From Amoeboradix gromovi X-113 (taxonomy: Eukaryota > Fungi > Sanchytriomycota): 32,000 bases of DNA. Position numbers and translations under genes: made by a program. Within the stretch, counting starts at the first letter, position 1. Every line of letters begins with the position of its first letter. Below the pieces are notes generated by a model. That model was not told the DNA's origin and searched no databases. It saw nothing but the letters and a program-made list of their open reading frames with translations. The DNA is taken from NCBI GenBank assembly GCA_018985225.1, contig JADGIF010000003.1, positions 23,020 through 55,019 of the forward strand, in the 5' to 3' direction. This document shows positions 20,945-30,866 of the stretch, one piece after another.

Positions 20945-21728
20945 ATGATTTTTCTCAATCTTTTCTTTGGCAACAGTTTAGAATTTTCAGTAGGAAATGC
21001 AACTAGTTTTTTAAATGCTAGTCTAGGAATTCCTTCAAATGCTGTAAGAGATAATTCTTTTTGTGCAAGATGTAAAAATGACAAAAGTAATTCATTTTTT
21101 GGAGACGAAGCCAGGCAAGGATACCAAAAATCATCTTCTGGATTGGGTGCAGTCCGATCTGTAGACAAAGTATTCTTGATAATCCAACAGAATTCGACAC
21201 ACATGGATACTGAGCACCCAGCAGCAGATGGATCCTTTAAATCATACACCAAGTTATATGCTTCTCAGCATTATGCTGAGGTCGACAAGTACACTGTGCT
21301 TAGAACAGAAGCACAGCAGCCGTACGGTAAGATAGCTGTTGCAATTTATACGTGGAATTATGCTCTGAAAAGATCGGTGCAATACCAGGTGCCATTTCAA
21401 AATTGGTTCTCAAACTTAACCGCTACAACGGACGACATATACGTACAATCCAACAGAACAATAGCTTTAAAATACAAAAAAGGGATCTTAACATCTATGT
21501 ACTGGCAAAGCCAAGTAATAAAATGTAATGCTGCAATTAGCAAGCATTGCATTGATAACCAGTTCAATGGAATTAAATGTAACAAAGACGGCGATGGTAA
21601 TTTACTTTGCCCTATCTTCGTTAACGTTGTTTTTGAGGGTACTGATGGAAATGGAGCTCTAATGGAGTCTGTTGGTTTCTTTTTTTTACTTAGGATATTC
21701 TGACGCTAGATTTTCAGTTCAATTCTAA
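20945..21728 (+). CDS. Cys-containing, probably secreted protein, paralog A (Expp1-like C-terminus); exons 20945-21674, 21694-21728
   Basis: Hydrophobic N-terminus; paralogous to 23226; last exon GYSDARFSVQF*. Confidence 0.8.
21675..21693 (+). other. 19-nt spliceosomal intron
   Basis: GTTTCTTTTTTTTACTTAG; same position and phase as in the paralog. Confidence 0.9.
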
Positions 21729-21744
21729 TGGTTTGGGACTTTAG

Positions 21745-23205
21745 TTGAGTAAACCAATTATCGCAATTACACGAGGGTATCTCCCAAGAAACTCTCTTTC
21801 TAGACCTTTTTAGTTGCATAAAACTGGATATTCGTCCTTTCAACTGCGACAAACGAGACATGCCATATGAAAATGACACAAACTAATGGCCAGGAATTCT
21901 CCGTCTAGTGTCCTCTTAATACTTTTGAATTCCTTCTTTAACAAGATCTGTTAAGTAGCATCCATTTTGGTATTTGGATTACTGTATCATAATTGACATA
22001 AACAATTCCATAAATCTTTATAAATTCTTCTTGTATAGCGCTCTATATTATCATTCTTCCTATAGAATTCATTCAGATTCGTTAGGATAATTCTAGCTTT
22101 ATAGAAAATTAAACTTTCAGGTAAAGTTCTTTTCTTGTGGATGGGATAGATAGAATCAAACTGTTTAAACCAATACTGAAGCTGAATGATTTAAAATTAT
22201 TTTCTGCAGAGCCCAATAGCTGTTGAATATCTTGAAAATCAGCTTCCAATTTCTAATTGATCGAAATTTAAGTCAATGATTCTTGACTACATTTTTTTCG
22301 ATTTGATGTCTATAATTAAAATCCTTAGCATTTCTGTTCTTGAACCAAGAATTGTCGAGTAACCTTAATCCTCTTCTGATGGTTGTGTCTCAAATAAACA
22401 ATTAATAAACAGTAACTGTTGTACTTTCGGATAAGCAATTTTGAATACGGACGAATCTCCTTTGCGATCTTTCATTTCTCTTTCACAGTGGTACAATGAA
22501 TCTTTATTTCTTCAAATATAGATTTCTTAGTTAGAAGACCTAGTACTACCAGGGCTTCTTTTCATTTCTTGGCTCTTGCATGTTTACCAGCAGGATACTT
22601 GTATTGGTTTATAAGAAATAATTATTGAAATATGAAACATTTTGTTTCAACATTGAAGAGGTCAGATCTAGAGAGTTAACAAGCAATGCTAAATGTTGCT
22701 TTTCTACAGGAATTACCCGCGCCTATCCACACCGGCATACAGACTCTTTTAGCATTTCCAAGATATTCTAGAGTCGTTCAGTATCTCAATCTCTTTCACA
22801 ACAGAGATCCTCATATTTACGAGGGTGTTATACAATAAGAAAAATTAGGATATTGGGTGCTAGGTCAGCGTATTGTTTATCAAGTCCTTAAAGCCAGATA
22901 TATGAAAGACATTGGGAGTTGTCAATTAAAGGTAGATACATGCCAGAAGGCAACAAATGGTACATACTTGTAATAGTCGCAATCCTATTTATCCCTGCCC
23001 AGGGTAGTCGAAGCTTGAGCCAGTGATGTAACGGAGTGATAGCTTTTTCATTTTCTTCTGAAAATTCTAAATTTTCTTGTGAATCGGAACTTTAAATAAA
23101 TAGTAAATCATTGAATCTTTTAGAATCACTTTTATTCTTGAAGCGTACTGCGTCTTCATTTTCGCATTAGTTTCCTTCTAAGATCAGAAAACATTAAGTT
23201 TGATT
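21745..23205 (-). pseudogene. decayed LINE ORF2 5' part (APE endonuclease + linker; family B, copy 3)
   Basis: In order on the minus strand: LIKLNV, DAV.LQE.K (23154-23135), YPGQG*IGLR, IFLIV*HP; many stops and frameshifts. Confidence 0.5.
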
Positions 23206-23225
23206 AAACAGGCCGTAGACGATTC

Positions 23226-24037
23226 ATGATTTTATTAAACTTATTATATTCTATATTATATAACTTCACAGAGTCAAACTCAACAGACTCATTGCAAGTA
23301 AAAATAGAGGGACTGCCGGAATCTGCTTCGCTAGCTACCGGCTTTTGTTCACGATGCAGAAACAGCGTAAACGGTTCATCCTTCGGAACTGAAGCTAGAG
23401 AAGGGTATCAAAAGCGGGTTTACAATGGTGCGGCAATTGGAGTTACACGAGGAGATACAGTATTTTTAATAATCCAGCACAACGCTTCTTACTTTGATAC
23501 TGAAAACCCAAAAGCTGACGGAACTTTTAACTTGCATACTCAGCTTTATACTTCACAACATTATGTAGAGGTTGACAAGTATTCGGTCCTAAGAACGGCT
23601 GCTCAGCAGCCTTATGGAAATTTCAGTATTGCAATATACATTTATGACAACAAATTGGCAAAATCGGTACAGTACCAAGTCCCTTCCGACAATTTTTTTT
23701 CTAATTACACTTCAGGCTCTGCATCAGACAACCTTTTGATACAAACAAACAGAACCGTTTCTTTGAAGTTTAACAAAGGAATCCTCAAAAATATTTATTG
23801 GCAATCCCCTACCGTAAAATGCGTTCCGATCAATATAGGTTCTACTAAAAAACAGTGTGTGCGTGAACACTCAGCAGTTGAATGTGCAATTGATCCGGTA
23901 TCTGGAAACGCAGTTTGTCCTATATCCATAAATGTAGTTTTTGAGGGAACAGATTACAAAGGACAATTAATGCAATCAGTCGGTATTTCACTTCTAATAC
24001 AGGGTATTCGGATGCAAGATTTTCTGTTCAATTTTGA
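23226..24037 (+). CDS. Cys-containing, probably secreted protein, paralog B; exons 23226-23982, 24003-24037
   Basis: Shares FC.RC.N, EAR.GYQK, LY.SQHY.EVDKY.VLRT, CPI..NVVFEGTD with paralog A; last exon GYSDARFSVQF*. Confidence 0.8.
23983..24002 (+). other. 20-nt spliceosomal intron
   Basis: GTATTTCACTTCTAATACAG (CTAAT branch). Confidence 0.9.
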
Positions 24038-24097
24038 TCTATTAGTAAATGTGTTTATTAACATACTAACGTATTTCTTTTTCTTACATTAGTGGTC

Positions 24098-25404
24098 ATG
24101 GTATCACCAGCAAATCAACTGAGTTTATACAACAGCTATCCTTCACCCGAATATCTTGCAAACACAGACCATTTAATATCAATTGTATCTAAAAGAGCTG
24201 CATTGTTGACAAAAGTGAAATCTTTAACAAGCAATTCGTCGGATATTTCCATGCAGGATTGGGTCACTCAAATAGAAAAGAACTTCTTCAAAAACATGGA
24301 AGATGACTTAATATCTCATTTGGTCCTACGTCTTGCACTTTCGAGTTCAGAAGATTCCTCTAGATGGCTGACTGAACTTGAGTTAGCTTTTTTTTCCAAC
24401 AAATTTGCAAAATCCAGTGAATCTGAAAGAATGGGATTCTTAGACTCTTGTGGCTCCTTTGAAAGAATTAAGCAAAAGAATAGAACATGTTTTAAAGTAA
24501 ACTTTGAACAAGTCCCCTCTTTGGTGTCGCAGCGCAAAGTCGAACTTTATGACGGCTCAGCCCTCGTCGCTGAAGATGATTTATCTGAATTTGCCAAAGA
24601 ACTATTTAGGTTAGAGTTGGAAAAGAACCTGGATATCAGCCGGAAAGTCATTCATTTTTTTGAGGAGGATCCAAGACTATTAAGTATCCTTAAGATGTTC
24701 TCTAATTGCCATCTAGAATCTACTTCTGGTACATCTCAGATAGACTTTAGCGCCGGTATATCTGTTTCGGTTGCCGAAGATATTAAAAAAGTTAAACATT
24801 TGTTTCCACCTTGTATGGCTAATCTACAAGATAACCTCGAATCCAAGTCACATTTGAAGCACGGTGGTAGAATGCAGTATGGGTTATTCTTAAAAGCGCT
24901 TGGCTTGCCTGTTCAAGAAGCATTAAAGTTTTGGCGTCTCTCATTTAAGAATATTACTGATGATGTATTTCAGAAGCAATATGCATACAACATTCGTCAT
25001 AATTATGGTTTGGAAGGTAAAAAAGCAGATTACAAAGCTTTCAAGTACTCTTTTACTAATGAAGTTGTTCCAAAATTATAATGAACAATCCTGGTGCTTC
25101 TGATAACCATGGCTGCCCGTTTAAACATCGCGGTAAAGAGGCGTTGCGTAGCGCTCTTTTAAACTCAAATTGGGGCATCAATAAAATGGGTAACTTCTTT
25201 GATCGAAAAAGAGTTGGCGAAGCATTGCGGCGTGTGGATGACATCGTCACTTTGGCTGGCGATAAACATCATCAAATAGCTTGCTCTAAATGGATGGAGA
25301 GCAGGGTTTACGTCCAGACAGGTCAAATTGCCGATATTCCGCCAACTGAACATCCAAATGGGTATTCTTGTACAATGGCTGGATTACTTGAAAATAAAAA
25401 GTAA
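24098..25404 (+). CDS. PRI2: DNA primase large subunit; exons 24098-25044, 25065-25404
   Basis: DLISHLVLRLA, FPPCM, HLKHGGRMQYGLFLK, YNIRHNYGLEGK, FN|CSKII, HGCPFKH, HHQIAC, HPNGY. Confidence 0.95.
25045..25064 (+). other. 20-nt spliceosomal intron
   Basis: GTACTCTTTTACTAATGAAG; removal restores the Fe-S ligand Cys (YKAFNCSKII). Confidence 0.92.
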
Positions 25405-25413
25405 ATTTATTTA

Positions 25414-26796
25414 TTATTTAGCAACGTCTAATAATGGATTCATAAATACGCCAATTCCTTCACCTTTCTTCAATAATTCCTGTACGACACATACTGTTTG
25501 TCTATATATACTCTCCAACTGGGGAATGCCTGGTCTACCCGTATGCACTACGTTAATGACTTAAATACTAAGTATCGCACTGTTCAGCTCGTCAGCTAGT
25601 ATTCTCCTTTGAGTATCAAGTAACAAATGACTTACTGTTGATTTACGAGGATCATCATAAGCAACCAAACTGAATGTTTCTGTTAGTTTCGTTTGGTAAT
25701 CTTCCTTGTTTATATTTCTATATGCATTCTGCAGTTCTTGGCCGTATAGCAACGTATTTTGTAGCAGGTTATCAAATTCAACCAAATTATTGTTTAATTT
25801 ATGTTCCAGCATAATTCTAACCATCTCAATGAACTTTCTACATTTTAGCTTAAAAGTTATGTCCTCATTCTTTATAAATAGATTAGGAAACATATTGTTG
25901 GTGCATTCAATGACTTTATCGATTTCACCACTAGTGACTAACTCGCGAATAACATGTCTATTTTTAATATCGAGAATTGTGTCATTATCAAATGCCAGAT
26001 TTTGAGTGCGCCTTACATTCTGTGAGAACACGCTAGCAGTTCCACTGTAGCCATGATGAATCAGATAACTTAGAATTAACTCATTTAAGACACTTTTTAA
26101 ATAAGCATCACCATAGGATGAATTCGGGGTGCATGGTAGCTTAGAGTTGACTATTTTGTCCCATATCTTCATCTTCTCTTCCATCATAAATGAATCCATG
26201 TCGAATTTAAAAGGACGAGAACCAAAATTCGCACCAACCTTTTCACCAGGTGTGCGCAAACCAACACAAGGATAAAGATACTTTGGAAAGTTGTCCTTAC
26301 CCAAATTGTTTAAAGGAAGATCCTTAAATGCAATACCTAAATTTACGCCATTTTTAGTATAAAAGGCATAGTTCTCAATCAAATGGATTCCGCATCCAAT
26401 TACATCACCAGTAGTGAATGTAGGACCATATGGCTTCCCGTTTCCAGTACATGCAAATATGTTCCCATCATCGCCATGTAATCCCCATGAATAATTCTCC
26501 CAGCCAGGCAATCTGTTCAAACTAACGGTTTCTGAACAAAACCCAACTCCGATGTAGCCATCCCTACCTTTACTGACTATTTCTAGCTCATAGTAATAAA
26601 TGCCACAGCATTGCGGTATGGCGCTATTTGATCTTATACTTGCTGCGTCTGTGTCACTTTTACCTGTTCCTGAATAATTTACAATACCGTCCTGAACTTC
26701 TAGTAGATTGCATTTGTCTTTTGGATTCCAATGAGTAGGAAACTTAGTATTAGGATCTATGAGTGAATTCTGAAGGTAACTTGGAATTTGAAGCAT
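25414..26796 (-). CDS. RANBP9: RanBP9/10-like GID/CTLH subunit (SPRY-LisH-CTLH-CRA); exons 26796-25569, 25547-25414
   Basis: GIYYYELEIVSKGRDGYIGVG, LPGWE, HGDDG, LKCRKFIEM; spliced tail ELNSAIL|MHTGRPGIPQLESIYRQT completes the CRA domain. Confidence 0.92.
25548..25568 (-). other. 21-nt spliceosomal intron containing an in-frame stop
   Basis: GTATTTAAGTCATTAACGTAG. Confidence 0.9.
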
Positions 26797-26829
26797 AAGG
26801 AGATTTAAATATAATAATTTACCTTTTTA

Positions 26830-26950
26830 ATTAGATTCAGCAAATTTCTGCAATTTTAAAAAGCCATGAGCTTGTCACACACTCCGTTTCTCGATTGCTT
26901 AAGCGACTCTATGTTTTTACTAGATGTGCGACCAGTTATTACAAGTAGAC
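26830..26950 (+). pseudogene. LINE APE relic (family B, copy 4)
   Basis: cactccgtt...gcttaagc...tgcgac...tattacaagta matches the reverse complement of 22965-23090. Confidence 0.4.
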
Positions 26951-26962
26951 TTCAAGTGATTT

Positions 26963-27543
26963 GGGACACCAAATATAAAAACTAGACTAACTCGTTTTTA
27001 AAGGTGCACCATACGGAGGAATGCTATAATTAATAAAAGATCTTCTATTATACCAAGACTCTTTCATTACTTTCAATCCCCTCTTCAAAATAAAACTAGA
27101 AGACCCTGCATCTCGTTCAAATATATGAGGTCTTTGAGCATCTAAGCAAAAGGTGCATTTTCTTAGACGGTACTCTTTTCTATTTCATTCTCACAGACAC
27201 TACATTTCTTTGAAGTGTAATCTATGGACAGTCTCCCTGACTCTTGTCTTGCTGAATTTCAGTTTTGTTTTAACTGTTCCAACAACTTAGTACTATGAAT
27301 TAGTACTATGAATCAGAGGTTTATTTAAAATAAAGATTGGATGAAAGAGTAAGAAAATAGCTGTACAGAATATTTATTTCTGAAATTTCGATACAAAAAT
27401 TTATTTATTTTCCTTTTATACTCGTCAACTCCGCACAACTAGCTGAATGTCCACTCGCCTCTTGAATCCATAAAATTAATAAAGCTAAAATAATGTTCAA
27501 AGTTGTTACAGAAAGTTAGTCCAGTTTTTATATTTGATGTCCC
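26963..27543 (-). mobile_element. non-autonomous TIR element with the longest Fanzor/TnpB remnant, copy 4
   Basis: TIRs at both ends; KLLEQLKQ, YTSKKCSVC (27219-27193), CTFC (27157-27146), RD (27115-27110). Confidence 0.92.
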
Positions 27544-27654
27544 TTATGTTTAATTGCTTAAAAAAGCATTCAGGTCCTTAGCCAATAACATGAGTGACAG
27601 ACGGGCTTTACTTTATTAAAAAATAATAACTTTTTAGCAAATTTAATACATTTA

Positions 27655-28737
27655 TTAAGTATTTGTCTCTAATTTATTATGCATGCCCCGGTTACTAGTG
27701 ATAGATTCTAAACAGCTAGATTGCTCAGTTTCCAGATACTTGATCCACTGATAAAATCTATCTTTTCCCTCTAATTCTTCTTTAATCATGGATGGAAATA
27801 TTTGATTATTAAAGAAATTATTCATATCTTTTTCATACAACGAGAAGTCAAGTTTTGGTTTTGATTCAAAGGCCGAGTTAGTTTCAACAAGTCTCTCTAA
27901 CTTTGAATGATAAACATCAAATTCAGGGTGAAATAACAAGAGACCCAGGGCAGGTGCTTTCGGGATATTAACTTTTGAGTCTTGGTCAAATATAAACGGA
28001 AATATTGAGGCAATGTCCAAGTCATATCTAATTATAAATATCGCCATAGCCATCATCTTTCTGATTTGATGCAGCATGAAGGACTGCCCATGAATGACAA
28101 CTTTCATCCATTCACCATCGACAGACCTTGAATTACTAGGATATTCAACAATAATAGGTTTACCTAGCTTCAGTGAAATCATATGCCTTCTTGCCTTGTC
28201 TTGCTTACCAGAAACCTTGTTGGTAAAGTTATGGAACAAATGAGAACCGACATAAAAATCCAAAATTGATTGAAATTTCATCAAAACCTCATGGGATGCC
28301 CTGAAGGCATCATTTGGCTCACTAGACTTGTTCAAAATATAAGTAGGTAGCCAGTAGTTATAGTGCCTGCTTGAGCAATGATCTTTGCAATGAAAAGACT
28401 TCGTCGTAGGTAAGATATCCCATATTTGAAAGCTCTGAGGTAAGATAAGATTCAATTGGCGTTTAGCCTCCAATAAGTCTTCAGACTTTAGATCTAGTTT
28501 GATGTTTATAACTTGGCCAAGAGCATGCACACCCTTGTCGGTTCTAGCGCACCTCATTAAGTTAACTTTATTACAATCATTGGCGTTACATGGAGCAATC
28601 AAACCTGCTTCGGATAATGCTGTTAACATTTCCTGTTCAATTGTCCGCACATCAGGCTGTATTTGCATACCATGGAAACCGGTACCACTATATCCAAATA
28701 AAATTGCCACTTTGACTTTTCTGGTGCTTCTCAACAT
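27655..28737 (-). CDS. PUS1: tRNA pseudouridine synthase (TruA family)
   Basis: GYSGTGFHGMQ, ARTDKGVHALGQ, HNFT, GQSFMLHQIRKM, IPKAPALGLLL. Confidence 0.93.
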   Translation of the reverse strand: MLRSTRKVKVAILFGYSGTGFHGMQIQPDVRTIEQEMLTALSEAGLIAPCNANDCNKVNLMRCARTDKGVHALGQVINIKLDLKSEDLLEAKRQLNLILPQSFQIWDILPTTKSFHCKDHCSSRHYNYWLPTYILNKSSEPNDAFRASHEVLMKFQSILDFYVGSHLFHNFTNKVSGKQDKARRHMISLKLGKPIIVEYPSNSRSVDGEWMKVVIHGQSFMLHQIRKMMAMAIFIIRYDLDIASIFPFIFDQDSKVNIPKAPALGLLLFHPEFDVYHSKLERLVETNSAFESKPKLDFSLYEKDMNNFFNNQIFPSMIKEELEGKDRFYQWIKYLETEQSSCLESITSNRGMHNKLETNT

Positions 28738-28799
28738 CCGTGTTTTTTCCTTGGGACTTCGAAGTTGTGGGTGTTCATTAAAACTATGATTTAAGAGAA

Positions 28800-29040
28800 T
28801 ATCATGAATTTCTTAGATAAATCACCCGTTACAGTCCTTGAGCACGATTCGGCCACCTTGACGGGGGATTAAATGAGGATGCATATATTTCAGACAAGTT
28901 TTCCTCGCTGTCCTTTGATCTCTCTGGTTAAAATGACACTGTCAGCATCCATACTAATTCTGACGCATGTAAAGTCCTTAAATTTATCAATGGCTGTTCA
29001 AGGAGACTCTAATGCGATTAAAGATAACCCAGTAAACTGA
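28800..29040 (+). pseudogene. LINE APE relic (family B, copy 5)
   Basis: atcacccgttaca...ttcggccaccttg...gggattaaat; FGHLDGGL and VQGDSNA (GDFN-like, ~28996-29016). Confidence 0.45.
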
Positions 29041-29102
29041 GACAACTTAGATTTATGGAAGAGACATCATTTTACGTCAGCGGTTATGACGTTTCATATA
29101 AA

Positions 29103-30842
29103 ATGTCAGAAACTGTTAAAGTAATAATTCGAGTAAGACCTTTTAGTACTAAAGAAAAAAATGAGGGGCATTTTGATATTATACAGTCAAATGAACAAGA
29201 AGCCACTATCACCATAACTGATCCAAAGCAAAATCAAACTAGAAATTTTGTTTATGATTCTGTTTTTTCTAGTCAGTCCACTCAACTTCAAGTCTATTCT
29301 TCCGCTAGACCAGTAGTTATGAGCGTTTTGGATGGTTATAATGGGACTGTCTTTGCTTATGGGCAGACTGGAACTGGTAAAAGTTTTACAATGGAGGGTG
29401 ATAGAAAGAATCCGGATTTACGCGGAATAATTCCAAATGCTTTTGATCATATATACTCAGAAATACAAAAGAAAGTGGGCATTACTTGTTTAATGAGGGT
29501 CTCGTATATGGAAATATATAATGAAGATATTAGGGATTTGCTAACCGATACTGGTAAATTGGAAATTAAGGAACATCCTACTAGCGGAATATATGTTAAG
29601 GATCTTACTAGTGTAGTAGTGAAAAGTCCTGAAGATATGTTCAAAGTGATCGAGCAAGGAAGTAAAAACAGATCAACAGGTGCGACCTTAATGAATGAGC
29701 ATTCATCCAGATCACATTCTATCTTTCAAATATTCATTGAAATGGAAGATAACGGTAAATTCAGATCTGGTAAACTATCTTTAGTTGACTTGGCTGGAAG
29801 CGAAAGACAAGAAAAGACAAAGGCAACAGGCGATAGGTTTAAAGAAGCCACAAAAATAAATCTATCTTTGACAACACTTGGAATTGTAATAAAGCACCTG
29901 GTAGATGGCAAAAGCACGCACGTACCTTATCGCGATAGTAAATTAACGCGCTTACTTCAGGATAGTTTGGGCGGAAATTCAAAAACATTGATGATTGCGA
30001 CTTTATCACCTGCTAGTTATAACTACGAAGAAACTATGTCTACTTTAAGGTACGCATCCAGAGCCAAAATGATTAAAAACAAACCTAAGATTAATCAGGA
30101 CCCAAAAGATGCTCTTTTGCGACAATTTGAAGACGAATTGCAGCTACTAAGATCCTTATTGTCTGAAATGGATAGCAAGCCTACTTCTGGGAAAAAGAAG
30201 GACTCGTCAGATGAAGTGAATAGGAAGCTTGAAGAGCATGCCAAGAAAAAGAAGGAGCTACTTCAACAAATGGAGGAGTTGCAAAACCAGTTGATTAAGT
30301 CAGAAAACGTTGAAATAAGCTCCGCGGAAATTGAAAGATTAGAACTATCTAAAAAATCTGAATTGATAGAAGAGGAGCGAAGAAAAGAAAGAGAGCTAAA
30401 ACGTCAATTGATAGAAAACTCTGATAAGAAGATTTCTTTGCAAACCAGTTTTTCATCTTTGGAAGAAGAAGCACAGATACTTGCTAAGAAAATAAAACAG
30501 GCTCAGCAGCAGCTAAAAAAAGTTAAAACATTACATTTTGATACGCATGCTGATTTCGAGCGAGAATTGGCTGAGCTGAATGCAGAATTGGATAACGTGT
30601 CTAAAACTAGTGAATATTATAATAAGATATCATCTGATTTATTCCTTGAATCTGATATTGATATTCTTGCCCAAAGTAGCTTTGAGTTTAAACCCAAATA
30701 CAGTTTGAACTTTGAGTCATCAGGTTCCATTGAATATCCAAGCTATCAAGAACTTTTAGGAATTTCTCCTAAGAATCACAAAATTCAATCAGAAATACAA
30801 GTACCTCATGGATTGATACGATTTAGAAAGTTAGTGAATTGA
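29103..30842 (+). CDS. kinesin-2 family motor (KIF3/KIF17-like)
   Basis: GQTGTGKS, SSRSHSIF, VDLAGSER and the kinesin-2 neck NKPKINQDPKDALLRQF. An upstream in-frame ATG exists at 29055. Confidence 0.9.
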   Translation: MSETVKVIIRVRPFSTKEKNEGHFDIIQSNEQEATITITDPKQNQTRNFVYDSVFSSQSTQLQVYSSARPVVMSVLDGYNGTVFAYGQTGTGKSFTMEGDRKNPDLRGIIPNAFDHIYSEIQKKVGITCLMRVSYMEIYNEDIRDLLTDTGKLEIKEHPTSGIYVKDLTSVVVKSPEDMFKVIEQGSKNRSTGATLMNEHSSRSHSIFQIFIEMEDNGKFRSGKLSLVDLAGSERQEKTKATGDRFKEATKINLSLTTLGIVIKHLVDGKSTHVPYRDSKLTRLLQDSLGGNSKTLMIATLSPASYNYEETMSTLRYASRAKMIKNKPKINQDPKDALLRQFEDELQLLRSLLSEMDSKPTSGKKKDSSDEVNRKLEEHAKKKKELLQQMEELQNQLIKSENVEISSAEIERLELSKKSELIEEERRKERELKRQLIENSDKKISLQTSFSSLEEEAQILAKKIKQAQQQLKKVKTLHFDTHADFERELAELNAELDNVSKTSEYYNKISSDLFLESDIDILAQSSFEFKPKYSLNFESSGSIEYPSYQELLGISPKNHKIQSEIQVPHGLIRFRKLVN

Positions 30843-30866
30843 AAATAAAACGTATTAATTAGTAAA

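Noticed and set aside
22790-22810. + strand FHNRD as a TnpB RuvC-III motif
   Set aside because: No upstream CxxC or NAAxNI context; the region reads better as a minus-strand LINE relic.
22960-23095. Family B motif as a ribozyme or LTR/PBS junction
   Set aside because: No hammerhead, HDV or twister core is conserved, and TGG after GTTACA is not conserved across copies. APE-like peptide motifs flank it in the correct order.
17209-25404. Programmed frameshifts, sequencing errors or pseudogenes in CYS4 and PRI2
   Set aside because: GT-AG micro-introns with branch motifs restore the conserved sequence exactly.
25561-25563. Stop-codon reassignment (TAA/TAG read as Gln)
   Set aside because: Conserved genes use CAA/CAG and end at TAA, TAG or TGA; internal stops fall only in introns or decayed TEs.
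6971-27543. Repeats as plain non-coding MITEs or a CRISPR-like array
   Set aside because: They are dispersed, have no repeat-spacer periodicity, and retain a recognisable Fanzor/TnpB frame.
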